Shown piece after piece: positions 45,889-60,163 of a stretch of DNA of 64,000 bases. Positions within the stretch are counted from its first letter, which is position 1, and the number at the start of each line of letters is the position of its first letter. Made by a program: the position numbers and the translations under genes. Below the pieces are notes generated by a model. That model saw only the letters and a program-made list of their open reading frames with translations, did not search any database and had not been told where the DNA came from. This stretch comes from Gammaproteobacteria bacterium (GTDB lineage: Bacteria; Pseudomonadota; Gammaproteobacteria; Natronospirales; DASSBR01): the NCBI GenBank assembly GCA_035708085.1, contig DASSTE010000055.1, positions 1,975-65,974 on the forward strand, read 5' to 3'.

Positions 45889-48800
45889 ATGGACGGCACT
45901 ATGACAACGGCGGACCCGGTGCCCGGCTCAGGTAACGACTCGTCTGCCCGCTTCCCCGGCGACAGCGAAATGCACGCCCGCGTCCGCGAATACGACTGGA
46001 CGCGAACCTCCCTCGGCGCCGTTGAACAATGGCCGCAGTCGCTAAAGACGGCAGTTGTCACCTGCCTCGATGCGGGCTTTGCACATTTCATCTGGTGGGG
46101 TCCGGATCTCATCCAGCTGTACAACGACGCTGCTGTGGCCATTTTGCGCGACCGACATCCGGCGGCCCTTGGGCAGCCAGCCCGTGAATGCTGGCGGGAA
46201 ATATGGGACGACCTCGCCGCACCGGTGGACCGGGTGCTCGCCACCGCTGCGACGCGAAGATGCGGGAACGCGCCGCTCTTTCTCGATCGCGGCGGCATGC
46301 GCCAGCCCGGCTACTTCGATCTCTGTTTCAGCGCGCTACGCGATGAATCCGGCAATGTGGTCGGCGTGGTCATTGCCGCCGTCGACACGACCGACCGCGT
46401 CTGCGCAGAAATGGCGTTGCGCGAGAGCCAGGCTCGGCTGACAGCCGACCTCGCCGGCATGCGCCGGCTGTACGAATTGCATGCCAGGCTGGCCGAGCAA
46501 ACTGACTTGCACACCGCGCTGGAGGAGATTGTTTCGGCCTCGAACGAATTCATGGAGACCGACCGTGGCTGTATGCAACTCGTCAGCGCGGACGGCGAGC
46601 GACTCGAAATGTTCGCGTATCGCGGATACGCCGACGACGATCCGTTCATACGGCGTTTTCTGCATGACGGATCGAAGGGCGCGTGCGACGCCGTGCGTCG
46701 TGAGCGCCGGCGCCTGATCATCGAAGACATTGCCACCTTTCCCGGCTTCGATAGCACCCCCGTCGATCGCGAAGTAGCGCTTGCCGAAAACATCCGCGCG
46801 ACGCAGTCGACGCCGCTGCTCAGTCGCCAGGGCGAGGTGCTGGGCGTTCTCAGCAACCAGTTCCGGAGCCCGCACCGACCGACCGAAAACCAGATCAAGC
46901 TGATCGATATGCTGGCCTGGACGGCGTCCGAGTTCATTGCTCGCCATTACGCCGATGCAGCGTTGCGCGCCGGCGAGGCGCGACTGCGTGCCGCCACGAA
47001 CGCCGCACAAATAGGGGTATGGGAATTTGACCTGCGCAACAGGAAGCTGCTCTATGCATCGCGGCGGTATGCCCAGATCATGGGGTACGACGAGATTCCG
47101 GACGACTGGACGCTGGAGCGTGCACTTGAGCACTTCGAACCGGCGGACCGGGATCGCCTGCTGGACTACCTGCGCGACCGGGGCGGCCAGGGCATGCTGG
47201 AAAGCCGCATCACCCGCATCGACGGCAAGGAACGCTGGATCTCGCTGGGCAGCGAGGTTTACCGGGAGGGCAACGGCACGCCGGTACGCGTCGTCGGCAC
47301 AATGCTCGACATTACCGAGCGCAAGCTGCGCGAAGAACGTGAGCAGTTCCTGCTCAAGCTCAGCGACGAGTTGCGGCCGCTGGGCGATCCGGAGGTCATA
47401 CAGGAAGTCGCCGCACGGGCGACGGCCGAGCATCTTCATGTCAGTCGCGCATTGTACGCGGAAGTGGAGCACGAGGAAGACGGCGATTATTTCGCAGTCA
47501 GACGCGACTACCATACGCCCGCTATCGGCGCCATCGCCGAACGGCTCCGACCTACGGATTTCGGCAGGGCGCTGTTCGAATCCTGCCGCCGCGGCAAGCC
47601 GATCTTCGTCAACAATGTGGAGACGGAGCCGCAACTCACGGACGCCGAACGTAACGCCTGTCTCGGCATCAAAATGCGCGCCCGCGCCGTTGTGCCACTG
47701 GTCAAGAATGGCCGCTTCATAGCGGCCTTCGGCGTTCACCACAATGCGCCTCGCATCTGGACGGAAGATGAAATCACGCTGATCCGGGAAGCCGCGGAAC
47801 GAACCTGGAGCGCCGTCAAGCGCGCGGCGGCCGAAGCGGCGTTGCGCGAAAGCGAAGCGCAATTGCAACAGGCAAGCCGCGCCAAGGATGAATTCCTGGC
47901 GATGCTCGGCCATGAGCTGCGCAATCCGCTGCAGCCGATCAGAACGACATTGCGGCTGATGCAGATGCGCGAGCCCAATGCGCTCGTCGACGAGCGCGCG
48001 ATCATCGATTCACAGGTGCAACACATGATCGGCATGGTCGACGACCTGCTCGACGTGTCGCGCATTGCGCGCGGCAAGATCGAACTGAAAACGACTGCGC
48101 TCGATATCGGCGATGTCATCCTGCGTGCGATAGAAACCGCGCGGCCGATGCTCGAGGAAAGCAGCCAAGTGGTGGAAACCGCGATCGGCGACGGCCTCAT
48201 CGTCGAAGGCGAGCGACGGCGGCTGGTGCAGATCATGACCAATCTGCTGACCAACGCCGCAAAATATTCGCCGCGCGGCCGGCGGATTCACGTCAGCGCC
48301 GGCGCCGAGCGCGGCCGCGTCGTCATTCGGGTGCGCGATCAGGGCATTGGGATAGCGCCCGAGTTGCTACCGCACATCTTCGATTCGTTTACACAGGATT
48401 CACAGTCGATCGAGCGATCGCAGGGCGGGCTGGGGCTAGGGCTGGCAATCGTTCACAGCCTGGTCACGCTGCACGGCGGCACCGTCGAAGCGACCAGCGC
48501 CGGCCGCGACCAGGGCAGCGAGTTCATCGTGCGGCTGCCACTGGTCGAGCGCCGCGCCGTCGAACGCGAGCCGGTGCACACGGAGATCATGGCTGCGCCG
48601 CCGGAGTCAATGGTCGCGCGAGAACATCTCAAGGTGTTGATCGTTGACGACTACGCCAGCGCTGCCGAAAGTCTTGCGGAGTTGCTGAACTATGAGGGCT
48701 TCGAGACGCGGATTGCCAGCGACGGCGCCGAGGCCGTCGAAGCCGCCACCGAGTTCAGGCCGGAGGTGGCGTTGATCGATATCGGTCTGCCGGTCATGGA

Positions 48801-49035
48801 CGGCTACGAGGTTGCGCGCCGCCTGCACGAAATCCCGTCGCTCCGCGACACGCGGCTGATTGCCGTCACCGGCTACGGACAGGAAAGCGATCGGCAGCGT
48901 ACGAAGGAAGCCGGCTTCGACCGCCACGTCGTCAAACCGATCGACCCCAGCGGCATCGGCGCACTGGTCAGGCAGACCGCTTCGCCCGCAGCTCCGCGAC
49001 CACTCGCCTCAGATTTGTCTGAGTTTCGGCACTGA
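45889..49035 (+). CDS. hybrid sensor histidine kinase, paralog of the preceding gene (extra GAF/PAS modules)
   Basis: Same N-terminal domain (EYDWTRTSLGAVEQWPQSL...) and same H-box (FLAMLGHELRNPLQPI). HATPase and REC (VLIVDDYASAAE...ALIDIGLPVMDGYE...VVKP). Confidence 0.9.
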   Translation: MDGTMTTADPVPGSGNDSSARFPGDSEMHARVREYDWTRTSLGAVEQWPQSLKTAVVTCLDAGFAHFIWWGPDLIQLYNDAAVAILRDRHPAALGQPARECWREIWDDLAAPVDRVLATAATRRCGNAPLFLDRGGMRQPGYFDLCFSALRDESGNVVGVVIAAVDTTDRVCAEMALRESQARLTADLAGMRRLYELHARLAEQTDLHTALEEIVSASNEFMETDRGCMQLVSADGERLEMFAYRGYADDDPFIRRFLHDGSKGACDAVRRERRRLIIEDIATFPGFDSTPVDREVALAENIRATQSTPLLSRQGEVLGVLSNQFRSPHRPTENQIKLIDMLAWTASEFIARHYADAALRAGEARLRAATNAAQIGVWEFDLRNRKLLYASRRYAQIMGYDEIPDDWTLERALEHFEPADRDRLLDYLRDRGGQGMLESRITRIDGKERWISLGSEVYREGNGTPVRVVGTMLDITERKLREEREQFLLKLSDELRPLGDPEVIQEVAARATAEHLHVSRALYAEVEHEEDGDYFAVRRDYHTPAIGAIAERLRPTDFGRALFESCRRGKPIFVNNVETEPQLTDAERNACLGIKMRARAVVPLVKNGRFIAAFGVHHNAPRIWTEDEITLIREAAERTWSAVKRAAAEAALRESEAQLQQASRAKDEFLAMLGHELRNPLQPIRTTLRLMQMREPNALVDERAIIDSQVQHMIGMVDDLLDVSRIARGKIELKTTALDIGDVILRAIETARPMLEESSQVVETAIGDGLIVEGERRRLVQIMTNLLTNAAKYSPRGRRIHVSAGAERGRVVIRVRDQGIGIAPELLPHIFDSFTQDSQSIERSQGGLGLGLAIVHSLVTLHGGTVEATSAGRDQGSEFIVRLPLVERRAVEREPVHTEIMAAPPESMVAREHLKVLIVDDYASAAESLAELLNYEGFETRIASDGAEAVEAATEFRPEVALIDIGLPVMDGYEVARRLHEIPSLRDTRLIAVTGYGQESDRQRTKEAGFDRHVVKPIDPSGIGALVRQTASPAAPRPLASDLSEFRH

Positions 49036-49724
49036 ACCACGAATCGGCTATCGCGTCGATGGCCGGTCCGGTTGCAGCGTCGGCGAGCGCGCTGCGTAAT
49101 GAGGCGCGGGTGCGCCGGCGGGTCGTGGCGTATGCGTTCACCGGCAGCGCGAGAACGCTTTCAAGCCAGTTGCGCGCCCTCGGAACGACGTCGTCGGGCG
49201 GCGCCAGCTCATCGACGAAACCGGTGGCCAACGCCTGCTCCGAATCGAGCAGCCGCCCTTCTCCACCCAGCAGTGCCGCCTGGCGCGGACCGACGACGGT
49301 GGCCAGCGTCTCATACAACACCACGGGTAACGGCAAGCCGACGCGCACTTCGTTGAGGCCAATCTTGTAGCGACCTTCAGCCATGACGCGATAATCGCAG
49401 CACAGCGCGAGCACCGCACCGCCCGCGGGGCTGTGACCGGTAATGGCGGCGACGACCGGAATCGGCGCATCCGCCAGCACGCACATCAATCCGACAAAAT
49501 CGCGCCAGAAGCCGGTAATCGCTCGCCGGTCAAGCGACAACAGTTGCGGCAGATCGAGGCCGGCCGAAAACATGCCGGGCGCGCCGGACAGCAGCACCCC
49601 TTTCGCTCCGGCCGTCGGCGCCTCGGTGACGGCGGCAGCCAGCGCCTGGACCAGTTCCGGATTGAGGGCGTTGGCGGGCGGCCGCGCCAGACAGATATTC
49701 ATGATGCCATTATGTTCTTTTATT

Positions 49725-49732
<8 letters not shown>
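48968..49732 (-). CDS. enoyl-CoA hydratase/isomerase family protein
   Basis: 254 aa with crotonase-fold motifs (GMFSAGLDL, ITGHSPAGG). Its 3' end overlaps the convergent kinase gene by 68 nt. Confidence 0.85.
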
Positions 49733-51405
<1,673 letters not shown>

Positions 51406-51444
51406 GGAAGGAGTCACAGTAATCTCTTTACTCAGCACTAGCTA

Positions 51445-53984
<2,540 letters not shown>

Positions 53985-54071
53985 CTAACAGATTGCGGGC
54001 TTCGGGACAATGAGGAAATTTGCTTTCAGGTGGTTTGGTGGGTGGAAAGTTCGTGGGTTTTAGGCTGTCGC

Positions 54072-54185
54072 GAGGGTGGCGGCGCGGTGCCTTCTCCCAG
54101 GGACGCCGTGAATACATCCCTGTAGGCTCTGGGTTCGGCTCCTGCCTCACACAGCCCTGGGAGAAGGCCCCACACCCCCGCCTCG
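54072..54185 (-). repeat. full copy of the nested palindromic repeat family, reverse orientation
   Basis: Internal stem GCCTTCTCCCAGGG (54089-54102) pairs with CCCTGGGAGAAGGC (54155-54168). The loop segment ACGCCGTGAATACATCCCTGT is the reverse complement, with 2 mismatches, of ACAGGGACGTATTCATGGCGT in the 54270-54388 copy. The outer ends resemble TCGAGGCGG..GGGG. Confidence 0.65.
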
Positions 54186-54269
54186 AACGTTGTTGCCGGT
54201 TCCTCCTCTCCCTCAGGGAGAAGGGACCAGGAAACGCGCCATTCTTACGGGAAAGTTCACGACAACGTA

Positions 54270-54388
54270 TCGAGGCGGTGGGGTAGCCTCTTCCGAGAGT
54301 CTCTGAGGACAGGGATGTCCGAGGGAAGCCACAGGGACGTATTCATGGCGTCTCTCGGAAGAGGCTACCCCGTCGCCCCCACCACAAC
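54270..54388 (+). repeat. full copy of the nested palindromic repeat family, forward orientation
   Basis: A 20-bp perfect stem, GGGGTAGCCTCTTCCGAGAG (54280-54299) with CTCTCGGAAGAGGCTACCCC (54352-54371), encloses a 52-nt loop. It is flanked by imperfect terminal inverted repeats (TCGAGGCGGTGGGG / CCCCGTCGCCCCCACC). Confidence 0.7.
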
Positions 54389-54402
54389 CTAACCCCTACA
54401 AA

Positions 54403-55641
54403 TCAATGCGCACTATGCACACGAATAGGCGATAGCGGCGGCAACGCCGGGGCTGCACGACGCGGCGCGAGGGAGAAGTCGTGGTACGGCTTGGTGCTGC
54501 CCCAGGTTCGGCAGCTTGGACATTGCCAGTAGAGGGTCTTGCCGGCATAGCCGCACTGGTGACAGCGGTAGCTTGCGCCTTCGGCCAGCAGGCGTCGCAA
54601 TGCCTGCTGCAACGGCGCGAGGTTCTCCGGGCCGAGTGAACAGTCGGCGCGGTCCAGAACTGCGCCCAGAATCTCGTGCAGGCCTTGTAGAGCACTGGAT
54701 GTGCGGACGTAATCGCTGACGCAGCGTTCGGTGGCCGCGGTCGCGAGTTCCGGCCGCCGGATCGTCGCTACCGCGAATTCGGCTACCGCGTTTGCATTGC
54801 CGTCCATCAGTGCCTGCACGGTCTGATCCAGGCCATCCTCCATGTTGAGTTGCCGGTAGGTTTCCGCGAGCGGCGGCAGGATTTCGCTGGCGAAGACGAT
54901 GTCGCTTTCCAGCGCGCGCCGGAAATGACGCGCGGCGAGTGCGGCCTCGCCTGTCTGCAGCGCCAGTTCGCCCAGCATGATGCCGACGCGGACGTTGTCG
55001 CGATCGAAGGTCTGCGCGCGTTTCAGCAGCTTGTGCGCGCCGCGCCAGTCACCGGCATCGCGGCGTGCCGCGGCCAGTTCGCAGAAATAGTGCGCGACAA
55101 TCGCGTTCTGGTTGTCGCCCGTCGCCGCTTCCAGCTTGCGACGCATGGCGATCGCCTGATCCCAGTCCTTTTGCTGCTCGTAAATCGCCACCAGGTGGCG
55201 CAGCGCCACTTCCATGTGCGGACGGACGTCGACGAGTTCGAGGAACAGCGTTTCAGCGCGATCGAACAGGCCCGCGCGCATATAATCCTCGCCCAGTTCG
55301 CGCAGCGCCTGATTGCGGTCGCGGCGGTTGAGGTTGGGTCTCGCGATCAGGTTCTGGTGCAGGCGAATCGCGCGGTCGACTTCGCCGCGGCGGCGGAACA
55401 GGCTGGCGAGCGCGAAGTGCGTTTCGACCGTTTCCGAGTCGACCTCGACCATGCGAATGAACACTTCAATCGCCTTGTCGGGTTGCTCGTTGAGCAGGTA
55501 GTTCAGCCCCTTGAAATACTCGACGCGCGGGAACGGCAGACCGCTGCTGCCGGTGCCGCGACCGCGCCGGCCCAGCCACCAGCCGACGCCGATCGACACC
55601 AGCACCAGTACGAACAGGCCGATTAGTTGATTAATGGGCAT
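54403..55641 (-). CDS. lapB: lipopolysaccharide assembly protein LapB (YciM): TM + TPR repeats + rubredoxin-type zinc finger
   Basis: N-terminal TM segment (LIGLFVLVLVSIGVGWWLG), TPR region, and C-terminal CHQCGYAGKTLYWQCPSCRTWG. The start is moved to ATG 55641. Overlaps lapA by 11 nt. Confidence 0.9.
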   Translation of the reverse strand: MPINQLIGLFVLVLVSIGVGWWLGRRGRGTGSSGLPFPRVEYFKGLNYLLNEQPDKAIEVFIRMVEVDSETVETHFALASLFRRRGEVDRAIRLHQNLIARPNLNRRDRNQALRELGEDYMRAGLFDRAETLFLELVDVRPHMEVALRHLVAIYEQQKDWDQAIAMRRKLEAATGDNQNAIVAHYFCELAAARRDAGDWRGAHKLLKRAQTFDRDNVRVGIMLGELALQTGEAALAARHFRRALESDIVFASEILPPLAETYRQLNMEDGLDQTVQALMDGNANAVAEFAVATIRRPELATAATERCVSDYVRTSSALQGLHEILGAVLDRADCSLGPENLAPLQQALRRLLAEGASYRCHQCGYAGKTLYWQCPSCRTWGSTKPYHDFSLAPRRAAPALPPLSPIRVHSAH

Positions 55642-55930
55642 CTTGCAGGGGGACTTTGCGAAGGCTGGTGACTTCCGCCTGCGCGTCGCGCGCCGCCTGC
55701 CGTAGCTTGCGGTTGGCACGCCGCAGACGAATCATTTCCAGACTGCAGCCAATAAAGCCGAGCACGAGACCGACTATACACCCGCCGACGGCCACGTAGG
55801 AAAGCGGCGCGTGAAGCACGCCCCAGATGTAGTCGACGCTGACCGGGGAGGCGTTTCGCAGCGCGAACAACACCCCGATCACGAAGACGATCAGTGCAAA
55901 TAGAGAGCTCAGGAACCGCAGCATGGGCAA
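55631..55930 (-). CDS. lapA: lipopolysaccharide assembly protein LapA (YciS)
   Basis: 99 aa with two TM segments. Located immediately upstream of lapB and downstream of ihfB. Confidence 0.8.
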   Translation of the reverse strand: MPMLRFLSSLFALIVFVIGVLFALRNASPVSVDYIWGVLHAPLSYVAVGGCIVGLVLGFIGCSLEMIRLRRANRKLRQAARDAQAEVTSLRKVPLQDAH

Positions 55931-55987
55931 GCCATCCTCATGGACACATCGTCACGACGGCGAACCGCTCGACGCCGGTGACGTCGG

Positions 55988-56323
55988 TCAGCCTGCCGCC
56001 GAAGTCTGTGCCCGGACCGGCGGCTCCATCTGTGCGGGCGTCTGGTCGAAGTCGACCCGCTCGCGCAGATCCTTGCCCGGCTTGAAGTGCGGCACGTACT
56101 TGCCGGCCAGCGCGACCGCACGGCCGGTTTTCGGATTGCGTCCCATGCGCGGCGGGCGAAAATGCAGCGAAAAGCTGCCGAATCCGCGAATTTCGATGCG
56201 CCGGCCCCGCGCCAGCGAATTGCTCATCTGATCGATGATCATCCTGACGGCCAGTTCGATATCCTTTGGCGCCAGGTGAGCCTGTTCGCGAGCCATGAAC
56301 TCGATCAATTCTGATTTAGTCAT
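55988..56323 (-). CDS. ihfB: integration host factor subunit beta
   Basis: MTKSELIE...[25 protein letters not shown]...[16 protein letters not shown]. The start is set at ATG 56323. Confidence 0.95.
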   Translation of the reverse strand: MTKSELIEFMAREQAHLAPKDIELAVRMIIDQMSNSLARGRRIEIRGFGSFSLHFRPPRMGRNPKTGRAVALAGKYVPHFKPGKDLRERVDFDQTPAQMEPPVRAQTSAAG

Positions 56324-56418
56324 GAATCGGACCACCCTTTGTCTGATAGCTGACGCCCGCGCCTGCCGGACCGACCCACCGGCACCGCCGCATCAGGCGG
56401 TGCCGGCGAAAACGGCGA

Positions 56419-58098
56419 TCAGGACTCTTCGTCGCCGCCAATCTTTTCCTTGAGCAAATCCCCAAGCGTCGTCGTCCCGGCCGACGCCTTGCTGCTGTAG
56501 TCGTCGATGGCCTGGGCTTCTTCGTGAAGCTCTTTGGCCTTGATCGAAATGTTGATGCTGCGGCTCTTGCGATCGACGGCGATGAATTTCGCTTCGACCG
56601 TCTCGCCTTCCTTGAGCACGCTGCGCGCATCTTCGACGCGATCGCGCGACAGTTCGGAGGCACGCAGATAGCCTTCAATGCCTTCGGCCAGGTCAACCAC
56701 CGCGCCCTTGGCGTCGACCGACTTGACGGTACCGGTGACGATGCTGCCCTTCGGATGCGCCGCGAGGAAGTTCGACAGGGGGTCCTTTTCAAGCTGCTTC
56801 ATGCCGAGCGAAATGCGCTCGCGCTCGGGATCGACGGCCAGCACCACGGCTTCGACTTCGTCGCCCTTCTTGAAGTTGCGCACTGCTTCCTCGCCCGGAA
56901 TGTCCCAGGACAGGTCGGACAGGTGCACCAGCCCGTCGATGCCGCCATCGAGACCGATGAAGATACCGAAGTCGGTGATCGACTTGATCGAGCCGACGAT
57001 CCGGTCGCCCTTGTTGTGCATCGCCGCGAACTCGTCCCACGGATTCGCCAGGCACTGCTTCATGCCCAGCGAAATGCGGCGGCGGTCGCCGTCAATGTCG
57101 AGCACCATGACTTCGACCTCGTCGCCCACCTGGACGACCTTGGCCGGATTGACGTTCTTGTTGGTCCAGTCCATCTCGGAGACGTGCACCAGGCCTTCGA
57201 CGCCCTCTTCGATCTCGACGAAGCAGCCGTATTCGGCCAGGTTCGTGACGCGGCCGAACAGGCGCGCGCCGATCGGGTAGCGGCGCGCAATGCCGACCCA
57301 CGGATCCTCGCCGAGCTGCTTCAGGCCCAGCGAGACGCGGTTGCGCTCGCGGTCGAACTTGAGCACCTTGACTTCAATTTCGTCGCCGACTTCGACCACT
57401 TCGGACGGATGCTTGACGCGCCGCCAGGCCATATCGGTGATGTGCAGCAAGCCGTCGATGCCGCCGAGGTCGACGAACGCGCCATAATCGGTGAGGTTCT
57501 TGACGATGCCCTTGAGGATCAGGCCTTCCTGCAGGTTTTCGAGCAGCTGTTCGCGCTCGGCACTGTATTCTTCCTCGACCACCGCGCGACGCGAGACGAC
57601 GACGTTGTTGCGCCGCTGGTCGAGCTTGATGATCTTGAACTCGAGTTCCTTGCCCTCGAGGTAGGTCGGGTCGCGCACCGGGCGGACATCGACCAGCGAG
57701 CCCGGCAGGAACGCGCGCACTTCTTCGATGTCGACCGTGAAGCCGCCCTTGACCTTGCCGCTGATGTAGCCGTGGACGATCTCGCCGGCTTCGTGGGCTT
57801 TCTCCAGCCGCGCCCAGGACCGCGCGCGCTTGGCTTTTTCGCGCGACAGGCGGGTCTCGCCGAACCCGTCTTCGACCGCGTCGAGCGCGACCTCGACTTC
57901 GTCGCCCTCGGCAATATCGACTTCGCCGCTTTCGTTATAGAACTGTTCGACCGGGATGACACCCTCGGATTTCAGCCCCGCATTGACGATGACCACATCG
58001 TCGCCGATCGACATGACGATCGCGTTGATGATGGCGCCCGGCTGCATCTCCTTGTTGGCGATGCTTTCTTCAAACAGTTCAGCAAAAGATTCACTCAT
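56419..58098 (-). CDS. rpsA: 30S ribosomal protein S1
   Basis: Starts [13 protein letters not shown]. Six S1 repeats (recurrent G.V..L..YGAFV.L.G..GL.H.S). The start is set at ATG 58098. Confidence 0.97.
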   Translation of the reverse strand: MSESFAELFEESIANKEMQPGAIINAIVMSIGDDVVIVNAGLKSEGVIPVEQFYNESGEVDIAEGDEVEVALDAVEDGFGETRLSREKAKRARSWARLEKAHEAGEIVHGYISGKVKGGFTVDIEEVRAFLPGSLVDVRPVRDPTYLEGKELEFKIIKLDQRRNNVVVSRRAVVEEEYSAEREQLLENLQEGLILKGIVKNLTDYGAFVDLGGIDGLLHITDMAWRRVKHPSEVVEVGDEIEVKVLKFDRERNRVSLGLKQLGEDPWVGIARRYPIGARLFGRVTNLAEYGCFVEIEEGVEGLVHVSEMDWTNKNVNPAKVVQVGDEVEVMVLDIDGDRRRISLGMKQCLANPWDEFAAMHNKGDRIVGSIKSITDFGIFIGLDGGIDGLVHLSDLSWDIPGEEAVRNFKKGDEVEAVVLAVDPERERISLGMKQLEKDPLSNFLAAHPKGSIVTGTVKSVDAKGAVVDLAEGIEGYLRASELSRDRVEDARSVLKEGETVEAKFIAVDRKSRSINISIKAKELHEEAQAIDDYSSKASAGTTTLGDLLKEKIGGDEES

Positions 58099-58166
58099 TA
58101 AAGTCGTCGTCCCGTGCCCTTCGGCAACAATTAACCGCAAATCCCATCCCGGTTTTACGGGTTACG

Positions 58167-58859
58167 TCAAAATGAACGCAGACGTCCTGTCCCGTTCGCT
58201 GTTAAATCGAGTACCTCGGCGACTACGGCATCGATCGACTTGCCCGTGGTATCGACCACGTGCGCATCGGGCGCCGGTGTCAACGGCGAGATCGGGCGCT
58301 CGGCATCCCGCCGGTCGCGCTCCTCCAAATCTCGCAAAAGGCTGTCAAGGCTAACACTTAACCCTTTCTTATTCAACTGCTTATGGCGCCTCTCGGCCCT
58401 TTCGCGGGCGCTCGCAGTCAGGAAAATCTTGGTGCCGGCATCGGGAAAAATGACGCTGCCCATGTCGCGGCCGTCGGCGACCAGCCCCGGCGGCTCGCGG
58501 AAACGTCGCTGCAGGTCCGCCAGGGCCGCGCGCACCTCGGGCAGAACCGCGATTTTCGATGCGGCATTGCCGCAGGATTCCGCCCGCACCGCCGACGTCA
58601 CGTCGTCTCCATTTAACAGAATTCGACCATCGTCGTCGTTGGGCACAAAGCGGATGTCGAGCGTCGGCGCCAGGGCTGCGACGCGCGCCGGCTCCTCGGG
58701 ACGGATGTGGGCTTCGGCAGCCGCGTGCGCGAGAATGCGGTACAAGGCGCCGCTGTCGAGGTGGTGCCAGCCGAGTCGTTGCGCGACCAGACGACTGATG
58801 GTGCCTTTGCCGGAACCGCTGGGGCCGTCGATGGCGATCACCGGAGCCGGTCCAGTCAC
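58167..58859 (-). CDS. cmk: cytidylate kinase
   Basis: P-loop IAIDGPSGSGKGT. The GTG start at 58859 overlaps the aroA stop (GTGA). The long ORF-track N-terminal extension lies inside aroA in another frame. Confidence 0.9.
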   Translation of the reverse strand: MTGPAPVIAIDGPSGSGKGTISRLVAQRLGWHHLDSGALYRILAHAAAEAHIRPEEPARVAALAPTLDIRFVPNDDDGRILLNGDDVTSAVRAESCGNAASKIAVLPEVRAALADLQRRFREPPGLVADGRDMGSVIFPDAGTKIFLTASARERAERRHKQLNKKGLSVSLDSLLRDLEERDRRDAERPISPLTPAPDAHVVDTTGKSIDAVVAEVLDLTANGTGRLRSF

Positions 58860-60163
58860 GCCGCCTCCTCGATCTGCACGCCGCCGGCTCGCGCGACATG
58901 CGCAAAGTCGGGAAACGAGGTGGCGACATTGTCCACGTCGTCGATTCGCAGCGGTGCATCCGCGCGCAATGCCGCCATCGCGAACGCCATCGCGATGCGG
59001 TGATCGCCGCCGCTGTCGATGACGCCGCCGCCGAAGCGCTCGACGCCCTCCACCCGCAGCCCATCCGGCAGCACCTCCACGGGCGCGCCCAGCGTCGTCA
59101 GCCCGGCCGCAATCGCCGCCAGCCGGTCGCTCTCCTTGACGCGCAGCTCGGACGCGCCGCTCAGGGTCGTTGCGCCGGCGGCGCAAGCTGCCGCGACCAT
59201 CAATGCCGGAAATTCGTCGATCGCCAGCGGCACCAGCGCCGGCGGAATGTCGATGCCGTGCAGCGAAGCGCTCCGTACATGCAGGTCGGCCACCGGCTCA
59301 TCGCCGTACTGGCGCGGGTTCGCGATGTCGATGCACGCGCCCATCGCGCGGAGGATGTCGAGCACGCCGGTACGCGTCGGATTGATGCCGACGCCTTCGA
59401 GCCAGACGTCCGAATCAGGCGCGATCGTCGCGCCAACCATCAGAAACGCGGCCGACGACAGATCGCGCGGCACCTGCACCGCCGCGGCACGAAGGCGGCT
59501 GCCGCCGCGCACGCCGATCCAGTCGTGCTCATGCAAAATCTCGACGCCGAACTGCTTGAGCAACCGCTCCGTGTGATCGCGAGTGGGCGCCGGTTCCAGA
59601 CAGGCGGTCTCGCCGTCAGCGAACAGCCCCGCCAGCAGCAACGATGATTTCAACTGTGCACTCGCGACCGGCATGCGGTAGTGCAGCGCCTTGAGCGGTC
59701 GGCGCCCCTCGATGACCAGCGGCGCGACATCGCCGGGCGCGACATCGATCGCGGCTCCCATCTCCCGGAGCGGCTCGACGATGCGTCGCATCGGCCGGCG
59801 GCACAATGACGCGTCGCCGGTCAGTTCGGTGCGGAACGGCTGCCCGGCCGCCACGCCCGCGAGCAGGCGGAAGCCGGTGCCGGAATTACCAAGATCCAGC
59901 GGCGCGCCGGCAGCTTTCAGCCCGTCGCTGCCCATGCCGCGCACCGTCACCGGCAGGCTCTCGGTCCAGGCGATTTCCACGCCCAGCGCCGCCAGCGCCT
60001 CGGCCGTCGAGCGGCAGTCGGCGCCGGGCAGAATGCCGGAAATTTCGGTCACGCCGTCGGCCAGCGCGCCGAGGATCAGTGCACGATGGGAAATCGACTT
60101 GTCGCCCGGGACGTCGAGCGCGCCACGCAGCCTGCCGCCGGGGGAGACGTTATAGGCTGTCAC
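58856..60163 (-). CDS. aroA: 3-phosphoshikimate 1-carboxyvinyltransferase (EPSP synthase)
   Basis: 435 aa. PGDKSISHRALILGALA and LGNSGTGFRLL motifs. It is not fused to a prephenate dehydrogenase domain. Confidence 0.95.
   Translation of the reverse strand: MTAYNVSPGGRLRGALDVPGDKSISHRALILGALADGVTEISGILPGADCRSTAEALAALGVEIAWTESLPVTVRGMGSDGLKAAGAPLDLGNSGTGFRLLAGVAAGQPFRTELTGDASLCRRPMRRIVEPLREMGAAIDVAPGDVAPLVIEGRRPLKALHYRMPVASAQLKSSLLLAGLFADGETACLEPAPTRDHTERLLKQFGVEILHEHDWIGVRGGSRLRAAAVQVPRDLSSAAFLMVGATIAPDSDVWLEGVGINPTRTGVLDILRAMGACIDIANPRQYGDEPVADLHVRSASLHGIDIPPALVPLAIDEFPALMVAAACAAGATTLSGASELRVKESDRLAAIAAGLTTLGAPVEVLPDGLRVEGVERFGGGVIDSGGDHRIAMAFAMAALRADAPLRIDDVDNVATSFPDFAHVARAGGVQIEEAA

Noticed and set aside
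56379-56406. GC-rich hairpin (11-bp stem CCGGCACCGCC / GGCGGTGCCGG) between rpsA and ihfB.
   Set aside because: No U-tract follows on the transcribed (minus) strand, so I did not call it an intrinsic terminator. It may still be a processing or attenuation structure.
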